The position numbers and the translations under genes were made by a program. From NCBI GenBank assembly GCA_028700115.1, contig JAQVTI010000001.1:120001-152000 (forward strand): a stretch of 32,000 bases of DNA, given 5' to 3'. The notes beneath the pieces were generated by a model. The model saw only the letters and a program-made list of their open reading frames with translations. It did not search any database and had not been told where the DNA came from. This document shows positions 1 through 9,071 of the stretch, one piece after another; within the stretch, counting starts at the first letter, position 1; the number at the start of each line of letters is the position of its first letter. Source of the stretch: Candidatus Iainarchaeum sp. Its GTDB lineage: Archaea > Iainarchaeota > Iainarchaeia > Iainarchaeales > CSSED10-239.

Positions 1-561
1 ATTTAAATCTATTGGAAGAGAATCAGAAGATAATTCTTTTCCAATATTATTATTTTCATCTAAAATTGGAATTTTAGTATTTAATAAAGCTGCAAGAGCT
101 GCAAATTCAGTAGCATCTATTAAATTTCCATCTGCATTAATTGCAATACAATCAATAAAAATAACAAATACTTTTTCACCAGAAACAATAGATAATTTTT
201 TAAAGTCAATAAATTCTGAAGATCTTAAAGCTCTATCAGCAACTCTTCCATATTCAATTGCATCTATTTGTGGGGGTCCAGTAAAAAAATCTGGAGAAGA
301 AATACCTGTTAATTCTAAATTTAAACTCATAGATCCTTCATCAGGAGAATCTGGATAAGGACTACCTACTGCAAACTTAATTCCTGCAATTATTTCTGTA
401 TTACCTAATTTTACCCATGCAGATCCTGCTGCAGATGGAATCACACCTGTTTTTATTTCAAGATTTCTAAATTCATCTAAATTTCTTCCATCTAATCTTT
501 TTCCTTCTTTAATTAATTTTAAAACATTATCTGCATTAACAATATTTAATATACTACTCAT
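1..561 (-). CDS. rrp42: Exosome complex subunit Rrp42 (RNase PH-like), N-terminal part; 3' end lies beyond the window edge
   Basis: Not in the ORF track. My own reverse-strand translation from ATG (complement of 559-561) reads MSSILNIVNADNVLKLIKEGKRLDGRNLDEFRNLEIKTGVIPSAAGSAWVKLGNTEIIAGIK..., open to position 1. The KxRxDGR and GSAxVxLGNT motifs are typical of Rrp42. ATGA start/stop overlap with rrp41 (558-561). Position after rrp4-rrp41 matches the archaeal exosome operon. Confidence 0.85.
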   Translation of the reverse strand, partial: MSSILNIVNADNVLKLIKEGKRLDGRNLDEFRNLEIKTGVIPSAAGSAWVKLGNTEIIAGIKFAVGSPYPDSPDEGSMSLNLELTGISSPDFFTGPPQIDAIEYGRVADRALRSSEFIDFKKLSIVSGEKVFVIFIDCIAINADGNLIDATEFAALAALLNTKIPILDENNNIGKELSSDSLPIDLN

Positions 562-1283
562 TGTAAATCACCTTCTAATGGATACTTTTCAAGAATTGCT
601 TTCTTTTGAAGTTCATAAACTTTTTCAGCACCCTTTACTCCTACAGAAATTATTTTTTTCCAATCTTTTTGATTTACAAAACCATCCATTTGCATTAAAA
701 CAATTTCATTTTGTGGCATTAAAACCCCAATTGCTGTGTCTACAGCATCAAAAGTATCTTCTTCATCTTTTGTTAAATCTAAAACAAATTCTCCATTTGC
801 TCTTCCTGAAGCAACAGCACTAACAAGACCTTTCATTGGAAGACCTGCATCAGCACACGCTAAAGATGCAGCTGTTAATGCAGCAGCTCTTGTTCCAGCA
901 TCCGCAGAAAGAATTATTGAATTTATATCAATAACAGTATTTGGAAATTGCTCTAAATCAATTGCTTTTTCTAAAGCAAACCCAGAAACTAAAGAAATTT
1001 CTTTATCTCTTTTTCCAGGAACTGGATTTTTTCTATCAGATACTGAAAAAGGAGCCATTCTATATCTATAATCAATTACAGCCTTTGTAGAATCTGCTAA
1101 ATGTTTTGGAAACATTGGTTTTGGTCCATGAACAGTAGCAATAACTATATTTCTACCCCATTCTAAATAACAGGAACCATCTGCACTTTTTACAACACCT
1201 AATTTTATATTTATAGGTCTTAATTGATCTATTTGTCTATTATCTAATCTTGTCATATTATCACACTCATATATTTTTCTCAA
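558..1283 (-). CDS. rrp41: Exosome complex exonuclease Rrp41 (RNase PH domain)
   Basis: RNase PH motifs DQLRPINIKLGVVKSADGSCYLEWGRNIVIATVHGP and LSADAGTRAAALTAASLA. Lies between rrp4 and rrp42. The start may instead be the in-frame ATG at 1254-1256 (MTRLDNRQ...), which avoids the 17-nt overlap with rrp4. Confidence 0.93.
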   Translation of the reverse strand: MRKIYECDNMTRLDNRQIDQLRPINIKLGVVKSADGSCYLEWGRNIVIATVHGPKPMFPKHLADSTKAVIDYRYRMAPFSVSDRKNPVPGKRDKEISLVSGFALEKAIDLEQFPNTVIDINSIILSADAGTRAAALTAASLACADAGLPMKGLVSAVASGRANGEFVLDLTKDEEDTFDAVDTAIGVLMPQNEIVLMQMDGFVNQKDWKKIISVGVKGAEKVYELQKKAILEKYPLEGDLQ

Positions 1284-1878
1284 TATATTCTTTTATTGAA
1301 TTTGTAAGGTTTGATTTTTGAGAATTATTTATAATCAAATTAATTGCATTTTCTAAAATTAAATAATTATCACAATTATACCAAATCCAACCATTTTTAC
1401 CAATAACAATATTGGCTTTAAGTAAATTTTTAAATAAATTAAGCATAGAATCATTTTTACCAATAAGCCTTGGAACTTTTACAGGAGATGCATTAAAAAG
1501 TCTTCCTTTTGGTAAAATATTTATATGATCTATATCAATAGTATCATTATCATTAACACTAGAAAGCCTTGCAAAAATAATTTGCCCTTTTTTAAGTTCT
1601 TTTTTAATCATTGATTTTGGTAAAAAAGTATCTGTAAAAGAATTATATTCTAAAACATAACCATTTGGAAGATCATCTTTTACAATCAAAATAATCCCAT
1701 CATTAACATTTGGCTTATAAATCCCATTTAAAGCAACAACTGAAATATAATCTGTTGATTCAGATAATAACCCAACAACTTGACTATAAACTTTATTATT
1801 TAAAAGAAAAACATTTGATCCTAATTTTTTTCGTTGATCAGTTAGAAACTCTCCTGGGATTACAATTTTTTTATCCAT
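1267..1878 (-). CDS. rrp4: Exosome RNA-binding cap subunit Rrp4 (S1 + KH domains)
   Basis: N-terminal VIPGEFL, a central S1-like segment and a C-terminal KH motif (VPRLIGKNDSML...IVIGKNGWIWY). Located directly upstream of rrp41-rrp42. Confidence 0.85.
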   Translation of the reverse strand: MDKKIVIPGEFLTDQRKKLGSNVFLLNNKVYSQVVGLLSESTDYISVVALNGIYKPNVNDGIILIVKDDLPNGYVLEYNSFTDTFLPKSMIKKELKKGQIIFARLSSVNDNDTIDIDHINILPKGRLFNASPVKVPRLIGKNDSMLNLFKNLLKANIVIGKNGWIWYNCDNYLILENAINLIINNSQKSNLTNSIKEYIEKNI

Positions 1879-1952
1879 TTTTAAATCACACTCACTATTA
1901 AATTTAAGATATTTATAAAATTTATAATTATTTAAAAAAAATCTTTAAAAAA

Positions 1953-2660
1953 TTAAATATCTTCTTCAACTTTTAAAATAATATTACCATGTGTAACATT
2001 ATTTAATTCAGAAACTAATTGATTTTTAAGACCAGAAGCAATCTTTATTTTTGCAATAAGACTACCATTTGAAAGCCATTTTTGATCAATAATTTCATAT
2101 TTATAAACAACTGATGAAGCTCTACCAGAATAACTTGCTGGAATTTCAACAGAAACTATAATTTTCTCTAAAGAAATTGGCATAATTCTTTTTAATTTAT
2201 CTAAAATTTCTTCAATTTCTTTATCTTTTGTTTTATTTAAATTTATTTTTATTTTTAATTCCTCAAATGCATTTCTTATTCTTTGTTCTGGTATTGGGGT
2301 TTTATTTTTAGGATCATGAGCATTTGTTTTAATAAAAGTAATTATTTCATTTTCTCTTTTTTCAACCATTTGTTGTTTTTGAACAGTAGTTAATTGAACA
2401 TCTCCATGCATTATTATTTCTTTTGCAATTTTAAAAAAATCTGTAGTCCCAAAAATACTACTTAAATCTTCTTTTGAAGCTTCTTCTCCTTTTTTAGCAT
2501 CAGTATATACAGCTTCATAAGCAACCATATTGTCTATAGAAATATCTTTACCATGTTTAAAATCCCATGCCATGAAAGGATCAACATAAATTTCAAAATT
2601 TAATTCATTTTTTTTTAATCTTGCAAGAACTGCATCATCCATTTTAACCATAACAATCAT
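1953..2660 (-). CDS. sdo1: SBDS/Sdo1-family ribosome maturation protein
   Basis: LARLKK....FEI.VDP......K.G, then GEEASKEDL..IFGTTD and IAKEII..G.VQLT, are characteristic of SBDS. ATGA overlap with the psmA stop (2657-2660). Conserved superoperon position. Confidence 0.9.
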   Translation of the reverse strand: MIVMVKMDDAVLARLKKNELNFEIYVDPFMAWDFKHGKDISIDNMVAYEAVYTDAKKGEEASKEDLSSIFGTTDFFKIAKEIIMHGDVQLTTVQKQQMVEKRENEIITFIKTNAHDPKNKTPIPEQRIRNAFEELKIKINLNKTKDKEIEEILDKLKRIMPISLEKIIVSVEIPASYSGRASSVVYKYEIIDQKWLSNGSLIAKIKIASGLKNQLVSELNNVTHGNIILKVEEDI

Positions 2661-3376
2661 ATAAATTTATTTATTTTTTCAACAGATATTCTTTCACAAA
2701 TTTTATCAGAAACAAAATATGCTTCTAAATTACTAGCAATTAATTTTTGTTTAGATTCTAAATTTTGTGAAAGTGTTTTTAATGCTAATTTTAATGCATC
2801 ATCACTTGATAATTTTTCTTTAAAATTTTTTTCTAAAAAAGACATTAGTTTATTTCTATTTTGACCAATTGCAGCAGCTTTATAAGAAGTTGTTGCCCCA
2901 CTAGGTTCTGTTTCAAAAATATGATTTCCTAAAGAATCAAAACCAATTGTTAAAGTAGAAACCCCAAAAGGTCTTGCCCCACCATACTGGGTATAATATT
3001 GAACTATATTTGCTACTTTTTTAACTAATGTTTCTATCTCTATAGGATCATCATAATATACTTTATTCTCTTGAGCAATTTGTCTTGCAAAATCTACAAG
3101 TCTTCTACCATCTCCAATTAAACCAGAACATGCGATCCATATATGCTTATCTATTTTAAAAATTTTTTCAATAGAATCTGGGATAATTAAAGAAGAATAT
3201 ATTTTTTTATCAGCAACAACAACAACACCTTCCTTATAAGTAATTGCTACTGCTGGAGATCCTTTTTCTATAATTTTTGAAGCATAATCTACTTGATATA
3301 GATGACCTTCAGGACTAAAAACTGTAATTGAACGATCATAGGCTTGTGCCATATTAGCACCAGAAACTGGAAACAA
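2657..3376 (-). CDS. psmA: Proteasome alpha subunit
   Basis: Signature YDRSITVFSPEGHLYQVDYA plus GSPAVAI and the rest of the alpha-subunit pattern. The likely true start is the ATG at 3350-3352 (MAQAYDRSITVF...). Confidence 0.95.
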   Translation of the reverse strand: MFPVSGANMAQAYDRSITVFSPEGHLYQVDYASKIIEKGSPAVAITYKEGVVVVADKKIYSSLIIPDSIEKIFKIDKHIWIACSGLIGDGRRLVDFARQIAQENKVYYDDPIEIETLVKKVANIVQYYTQYGGARPFGVSTLTIGFDSLGNHIFETEPSGATTSYKAAAIGQNRNKLMSFLEKNFKEKLSSDDALKLALKTLSQNLESKQKLIASNLEAYFVSDKICERISVEKINKFI

Positions 3377-3545
3377 AATTATTCACCTTTTTTATTTTTT
3401 ATATAATTTTATTTATATAATCAAACATAATCTAAAATTAGATCTATTTTTTTAAATCTTCTTTTCTATATAATATATATAGTTAACACTTATAAATATA
3501 TTGGAAAAATGAAAATATTATAAAAACATAAAAAATATAAAAAAT

Positions 3546-3887
3546 TTAAGAAATTAAAGACTTTAAAGTAAAAGATTGCTTTTCTATAAAAAGTAATCCT
3601 AAATCATTATTTATATAAAAAAGAGAACTTAAAAAATCATTTAAAAATAATTTATTAACTCTTATAATTATAATATTATTTTTAAAATCTAAAACAGAAA
3701 TATTTGCCGAAGAAGTTTTAAATAAACCATGTGTTTTTTGAAAATTTTTAATAAATATATATGCTAATTTTTTATTATCATAAGAAGATAAATCATTAAA
3801 ACAACTAATTTTTAAATATCTTTTTTTATGTCTTAAAGTAGGTCTAATAACATTAATTTTTTTAAATTTAATCATATTTTTCCACAA
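3546..3887 (-). CDS. rnp2: RNase P protein component Pop5/Rpp14-like
   Basis: RPTLRHKKRYLKI matches the conserved archaeal Pop5 N-terminal motif (PPTLRxKxRYI). Size about 110 aa. Lies between the Rpp30-like gene and psmA, as in the archaeal superoperon. Confidence 0.72.
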   Translation of the reverse strand: MWKNMIKFKKINVIRPTLRHKKRYLKISCFNDLSSYDNKKLAYIFIKNFQKTHGLFKTSSANISVLDFKNNIIIIRVNKLFLNDFLSSLFYINNDLGLLFIEKQSFTLKSLIS

Positions 3888-4488
3888 ATTTATTATAATC
3901 TAAAATATTATTTAAGATATCTTGGTCTAAATTAAATTCTTTTAAAAAATTAAAAAGAACTTGTTTTGAACAAAGAGAATTTAGATCTTTTGCAAAAGAA
4001 CAAAAATACATATTAATTAATTTTTGTTTAAGAAGTAATATAATAAATTGAGCTTGTTTTATATTTTTTTGAAAATTCTTAGATCTAAAAGAATTATAAT
4101 TAAAAACAACTTTAATATTATTTATTTTACACAAATTAGAACATTGCTCATCAAAAATTAGAGAATCAGATAAAGGATTATATAAATATTTAATATTTTT
4201 ATTAATTAAAAATTTTGTAAGTTTATTACTTTTAGAAAAATTTGGATTAAATAAAATTATTTTTTTATCTAAATCTTTTAAAATAGAAATATCCTCTATA
4301 AGATAAATATATTCTAAAGAAATTTTTTTAAAAGAAGAAAAATCAGGATTTAAAATAATATCTTTTTTTGAAACAATAGGAACTATTACAAAAATTTTAT
4401 TAAAACCTAATTTTAAAAATATATTTTCTAGTTCTTTTGGATTTGAAGAATCTATTAAATCTTTATAAACTATATCAAAAAATTTCAT
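3868..4488 (-). CDS. rnp3: Probable RNase P protein component Rpp30/Rnp3 (divergent)
   Basis: 206 aa and starts MKFFDI. Weak similarity to the Rpp30 pattern (..NIKVVFNYNSF.. and ..FCSFAKD...L.S.Q..FNFL). The call rests mainly on the conserved position immediately upstream of pop5-psmA. Confidence 0.55.
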   Translation of the reverse strand: MKFFDIVYKDLIDSSNPKELENIFLKLGFNKIFVIVPIVSKKDIILNPDFSSFKKISLEYIYLIEDISILKDLDKKIILFNPNFSKSNKLTKFLINKNIKYLYNPLSDSLIFDEQCSNLCKINNIKVVFNYNSFRSKNFQKNIKQAQFIILLLKQKLINMYFCSFAKDLNSLCSKQVLFNFLKEFNLDQDILNNILDYNKFVEKYD

Positions 4489-4602
4489 AAAAATACCTTT
4501 ATTTGAAATAAATTTTTATATTTTCTAAAAAAAATAAAAAATATAATAAATATATTTATTATAAAGAATTTATAAACATATACATTATTTAAAAATAAAA
4601 AA

Positions 4603-6309
4603 CTACATTTTAGAAGGGATATTTATACCTAAAAGATACAATGCATTTTCTAAAACAATATAAAATGCTTTTGTAAATAAAAGCCTATTTGTAGAAATTG
4701 ATTTATTATTACATAGAACATGACAAGAATTATAAAATTTATTAAAAATATGAGATAATTCAATTACATAATTTGCAATAATATTTGGTTTAAAGTCTTT
4801 AGATGCATATATAACTTTTTCTTTAAATTCATTTAATTTATTAATTAATAATAACTCTTCTTTTTCAAAATCATCTTTTAAAAATAAAAAATCAGTATTA
4901 AAATTATTAAAATTAGATTTATCTAAAATACTTTTAGCTCTCACACCACTATATTGAACATAAGCAGAAGAATCACCATTAAGATCTGTAGATTTATTTA
5001 TATCAAAAACAATTGTTTTAAAAATAGAATTTTTTAATAATTCAAATTTTATAGTCCCAAAAGAAATATCTTTTATTACTTGACTATCTTTATCTAAACC
5101 ATTTTGATCTAAAACAAAATTTACTTTTTCAAATAAAGCATCTCTAAAATCTTCATATAAAAATAAAGACCCACTTCTAGATTTCATTTTTCCTTCAGGA
5201 GTATTTACAAGACCATGAGATATATGTTTATTATCTAAATTAGGATAAATTATTTTAAATAATTTAAATAATTGCTCAAAATAAAATTCTTGTTCAGAAG
5301 CAACAATATACAAAAAATTATTACAATCTTTAAATTTCTCTTTTTTAAGATTAATTAAACCAATATCTTTAGCACCGTATAAAAGTGCATGATTACTTTT
5401 AATAATAATAAAATTACCAAGATGCTTGTCATTTAAATCTGCAACAATTGCACCTTGATCTTCTTTAAAAATATAGTTATATTTATTAAAAAGGCCTTCT
5501 TTAATTTCATTAAATTTTTTCTCAGATTGACTTTCAAAAAAGTTAAAACATAAATTAATATCTAATTCTTTTGCAACTTCCATATACCCATTAAAACTAG
5601 AATCTATGAAAAGCTTTAATCTATTTTGTAAATTAATATTTTTAATTAATTGAATTTGATAACTTTCAACTTGAGCTTTATATAAATCTTTATTTTCTAA
5701 AATTTTTTCACCAGCAAGAATGTATATATTACCAAACCATTTACTTTTATCTTTTTCAGGAATTAATTTTTTATTTTCAGCTAAAAAATTATCATAATAC
5801 CAAAGCCATTTTGCAATATGTGTCCCAACATCCCCCATATAAGAAACTGGTCTTGGATCAAAACCTGTAAATTTAAGTAATCTACAAATTGATTCTCCAA
5901 CAACTCCATTTCTAATGTGACCTATATGAAGCATCTTTAAAGGATTTGGTTGAAAAGTGTCAATTACAAAAGATTTATTTTTACCAAAATCAGATTTACC
6001 AAAATCTTTTTTTTTATTTAAAATCTCGGAAATTACATTTTTAACTAAAATTGAAGAATTAATAGTTGCATTTAAATAACCATTTAGTGATTTAAAACTA
6101 AAAATATCAGAAAAAATATTTTCAGATAAATTATTAGAAATTACTACTGGAGATTTTTTTAAAGATTTAGATAAAAAAAAACAAGGAAAAGAAAAATTTC
6201 CCAAATCTATTTTTGGAGGTATTTCTATAAGATCATATATTTCTTGAAAATTAAAATCAGAACCTAATTGTTCTAAAATAAGATCTGCAAAACACTTTTT
6301 ATAATCCAT
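4603..6309 (-). CDS. argS: Arginyl-tRNA synthetase
   Basis: Class I HIGH motif (NPLKMLHIGHIRNGVVGE) and an MKSRSG (KMSKS-type) loop. C-terminal DALR-like anticodon-binding region ending in the ArgRS-typical terminal Met. Confidence 0.93.
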   Translation of the reverse strand: MDYKKCFADLILEQLGSDFNFQEIYDLIEIPPKIDLGNFSFPCFFLSKSLKKSPVVISNNLSENIFSDIFSFKSLNGYLNATINSSILVKNVISEILNKKKDFGKSDFGKNKSFVIDTFQPNPLKMLHIGHIRNGVVGESICRLLKFTGFDPRPVSYMGDVGTHIAKWLWYYDNFLAENKKLIPEKDKSKWFGNIYILAGEKILENKDLYKAQVESYQIQLIKNINLQNRLKLFIDSSFNGYMEVAKELDINLCFNFFESQSEKKFNEIKEGLFNKYNYIFKEDQGAIVADLNDKHLGNFIIIKSNHALLYGAKDIGLINLKKEKFKDCNNFLYIVASEQEFYFEQLFKLFKIIYPNLDNKHISHGLVNTPEGKMKSRSGSLFLYEDFRDALFEKVNFVLDQNGLDKDSQVIKDISFGTIKFELLKNSIFKTIVFDINKSTDLNGDSSAYVQYSGVRAKSILDKSNFNNFNTDFLFLKDDFEKEELLLINKLNEFKEKVIYASKDFKPNIIANYVIELSHIFNKFYNSCHVLCNNKSISTNRLLFTKAFYIVLENALYLLGINIPSKM

Positions 6310-6334
6310 TTTAAATCAAAATAAAATTTATAAG

Positions 6335-6407
6335 CGAGTCCGGAGGGATTCGAACCCTCGACCCACAGCTTAGAAGGCTGTTGCCCTATCCACTAGGCCA
6401 CGGACCC
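6335..6407 (-). tRNA. tRNA-Arg (anticodon UCU)
   Basis: Hand-folded cloverleaf from the reverse complement: GGGTCCG TG GCCT AGTGGATA GGGC A ACAGC CT-TCT-AA GCTGT GGGTC GAGGG TTCGAAT CCCTC CGGACTC G. 7-bp acceptor stem with one G-U pair, perfect anticodon stem, TTCGAAT T-loop, no encoded CCA. A GC-rich island in AT-rich DNA. Confidence 0.9.
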
Positions 6408-6480
6408 AATATAATATAGTATAGCAAAATATATAAATAGTAACTTTATTTGAACTAAAAAAAAATATAAAAAAGAAAAC

Positions 6481-7989
6481 CTATTGGTTTTCTAAAATAA
6501 TTTGATATTGTTCATTCAAATATTCTGATTCAGAAGCATATTTATCCATAATTGGTAAAACAATTTTTTCTTGCCCTAAAGAATCTTTTAAACTAAATAA
6601 AAGTCTATGTGTTTCTAAATAAACTCCTTGTTCTTGAGCACATCTAGAAAATACAGCTGGGAAAATTGCAGAAGTTTCATGAACAACAAAATCTTTAATA
6701 ACAAGATATGCTTTATTTGTGTCCACATATTCCTCTATAAACTTTTCTTGAGTATCTTTTTCAAATAATGTACAATATGGACAATCATAATCTGTAAAAA
6801 CATAAACCCCAAAATTAGAATATTTATTTCCAATAACATAATCGTTTGAATTTTCTAAAACAGTAGAATCAATTAACTTATATACAAAATCAAGACCACT
6901 AGAAGAAACTAAATTAGGCATAACAAATGGATTTAAAAGATAACCTTTTGATTTTGTTTCTATAAATAATTGCTCAAAAAAACTTTGAAAATTTTGATCA
7001 TAAACATCATCTTCAAAAATATTTCCTTCAATATATATAGCTGGGATTGAATCTATTTGAGAACCTTCTATAATTTTTTTAGCATTATCAGATTCATAAG
7101 AAAGATAAATAGTTTCAAAAGAATCTAAAATATCTGTGAAAAATTCTTTAACATCTAAAGTTAAATTTTCTGAATTTTTTAAAGAATTTATAAATTCAAT
7201 TGTATTTTGTTTAGAAACAGCATTATTTTCATTTGTAATAATATATATTTTTGGAACAGAATTTACATCTGAAATAAAAGTATTATTATAATCAAAAGAA
7301 ATAATTGGATCATTTAAAGTAAAATCAATTTTTTCTTTAAAAGAATTATAATCAACATATCCTGGTAACAAATAACCATTTAAATATATTCCAGGAGTAC
7401 CTGTTATTCCTAAAACATTAGCAAGAGAAATATCTTCAGTAATTTTTTTTATAATATCTGCTTTTTCAAGATTTAAATTTGGATTTGAATAATCATTTTC
7501 TATAATACAAGCATCCATTAATTCTTTATTAATATTTAAATCTTTATAATATGGTTCTAAAACTTCTAATTGTGCAAACTTTATATCTCTAAAAATATTT
7601 GATTGAAGAGAAGTCACTCTTTCTTCAAATTCTTCTAAACTAAGATTTTCTACAATATTGTTATCTATTTGATTTTCATCTAAAAAAGAATTTTGATCAA
7701 TAGATGAAGAACTGTCAATATTTTTAGGATATAAAATAATTAAAATTACAATTGCAATAATTAATAAACCTAAAACAATAATTGTTGCAATATCTTTAGA
7801 TTTATATTTTTTAGTAGACTTTACTTTAGAAATCTTTTTTTTATCATTAGAAGACGCATCTTTCTTTTTAGAAACAATATTATTATCAGAAATAGAATTT
7901 TTCTTTTTTGAAATATTCTTATTTTCTTTAACTACAACCTTTTTTTGTAGTTTCTTTTTATTACTTTTTTTAGTTGCCAAAATAACCAC
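6481..7989 (-). CDS. Membrane-anchored thioredoxin-fold / DsbA-like thiol:disulfide oxidoreductase (multi-domain)
   Basis: About 65 aa of Lys-rich N-terminal tail, one hydrophobic TM helix (IATIIVLGLLIIAIVILIIL), then an extracytoplasmic part. That part has a DsbA-type cis-Pro loop GITGTPGIYLNG (about 7391-7410), a second IPAIYIEGN, and a CPYC redox motif (6772-6783). The start is uncertain. The ORF-track GTG lies inside an AAGGTGG Shine-Dalgarno-like sequence (about 7986-7992), so the TTG at 7978-7980 is a plausible start. Confidence 0.6.
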   Translation of the reverse strand: MVILATKKSNKKKLQKKVVVKENKNISKKKNSISDNNIVSKKKDASSNDKKKISKVKSTKKYKSKDIATIIVLGLLIIAIVILIILYPKNIDSSSSIDQNSFLDENQIDNNIVENLSLEEFEERVTSLQSNIFRDIKFAQLEVLEPYYKDLNINKELMDACIIENDYSNPNLNLEKADIIKKITEDISLANVLGITGTPGIYLNGYLLPGYVDYNSFKEKIDFTLNDPIISFDYNNTFISDVNSVPKIYIITNENNAVSKQNTIEFINSLKNSENLTLDVKEFFTDILDSFETIYLSYESDNAKKIIEGSQIDSIPAIYIEGNIFEDDVYDQNFQSFFEQLFIETKSKGYLLNPFVMPNLVSSSGLDFVYKLIDSTVLENSNDYVIGNKYSNFGVYVFTDYDCPYCTLFEKDTQEKFIEEYVDTNKAYLVIKDFVVHETSAIFPAVFSRCAQEQGVYLETHRLLFSLKDSLGQEKIVLPIMDKYASESEYLNEQYQIILENQ

Positions 7990-8053
7990 CTTAATTTTTT
8001 ATTATTTAAAATATTATTTTAAAAAACAATAGATAATATAAAAAAGATAGAAA

Positions 8054-9070
8054 ATGTTTATAAACATACTTTATTTAATGTTTTCTTACAATATAAATAA
8101 TATGGATAAAGAAAAAATATTTAAAGACTTAAAAAAGAAACAATATGGTATTTTTGGAGATCATAGTGCGGTAGAAATTTGTGAATGGAATAAAAAAGCA
8201 TTAAGAGGAGAAGGAGTTTGCTATAAACAAAAATTTTATAATGCAGACTGTCACAGATGTGCACAAATTACCCCTGCTGTTATTTGGTGTCATCAAAATT
8301 GTATTTTTTGTTGGAGACCTGCAAATTATATGAAAGAACATATTCTTAAAGGAAAAATAAATGAACCAAAAGAAATAATAGATAATCTTTTTGAAGAAAG
8401 AAAAAAATTATTAAACGGATTTGGAGGAAATCCAAAAGTAGATAAAGAATTTTATAAAGAAGCATTAATACCATCTCATGTAGCAATATCTCTTGCAGGA
8501 GAACCAACTATATATCCTAAAATAGGAGAACTTATAAATGAACTTAAAAGCAGAGAAGAAATTAAAACAATTTTTTTAGTAACAAATGGATTAGAACCAA
8601 AAAGACTAAAAGAATTAAATGATAAAAATAATCTTCCAACACAATTATATTTATCTATAGAAGCATGTAATTATGATATGCATTTAAAAATAAACAGACC
8701 AAAAATAAAAGACTCTTGGCAAAGACTAAATGAAACAATAAAACTAATGCCAATTTTAAATTGTAGACGGGTAGTAAGATTTACTTTAATAAAAGGATTA
8801 AATGATTCTTTAGAATATATAGATGATTTTTTAAAAATGTTTGAAGAAACACAAACAGACTTTATAGAAATAAAATCATATATGTTTTTGGGGGAATCAA
8901 GAGAAAATTTAAAAAAAGAAAATATGCCAACACATACAGAAGTAGAAAACTATGCTAAAGAAATTGAAAAAAGATCTGAAAATTACTCTGTAATAGATAG
9001 ACAAGTTGCTTCCAGAATAGTACTTTTAAAAAATAAGAATAGCAAATATAGAAATTTCATAAAAGATTAA
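8054..9070 (+). CDS. taw1: tRNA 4-demethylwyosine synthase Taw1/TYW1 (radical SAM)
   Basis: Radical-SAM CxxxCxxC (CHQNCIFCWRP), preceded by the upstream Cys cluster typical of TYW1 (CYKQKFY..DCHRC). Also AISLAGEPTIYP and LVTNG. The likely start is the ATG at 8102 (MDKEKIF...). Confidence 0.85.
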   Translation: MFINILYLMFSYNINNMDKEKIFKDLKKKQYGIFGDHSAVEICEWNKKALRGEGVCYKQKFYNADCHRCAQITPAVIWCHQNCIFCWRPANYMKEHILKGKINEPKEIIDNLFEERKKLLNGFGGNPKVDKEFYKEALIPSHVAISLAGEPTIYPKIGELINELKSREEIKTIFLVTNGLEPKRLKELNDKNNLPTQLYLSIEACNYDMHLKINRPKIKDSWQRLNETIKLMPILNCRRVVRFTLIKGLNDSLEYIDDFLKMFEETQTDFIEIKSYMFLGESRENLKKENMPTHTEVENYAKEIEKRSENYSVIDRQVASRIVLLKNKNSKYRNFIKD

Positions 9071-9071
9071 T

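Noticed and set aside
578-1071. Plus-strand ORFs 578..823 and 736..1071 inside the rrp41 region
   Set aside because: These are antisense shadow ORFs of a well-supported RNase PH gene. The translations are low-complexity with no motifs.
1-4488. The exosome/proteasome/RNase P gene cluster as a novel system
   Set aside because: This is the well-known conserved archaeal superoperon (Rpp30-Pop5-PsmA-SBDS-Rrp4-Rrp41-Rrp42). Its order here is canonical and therefore ordinary.
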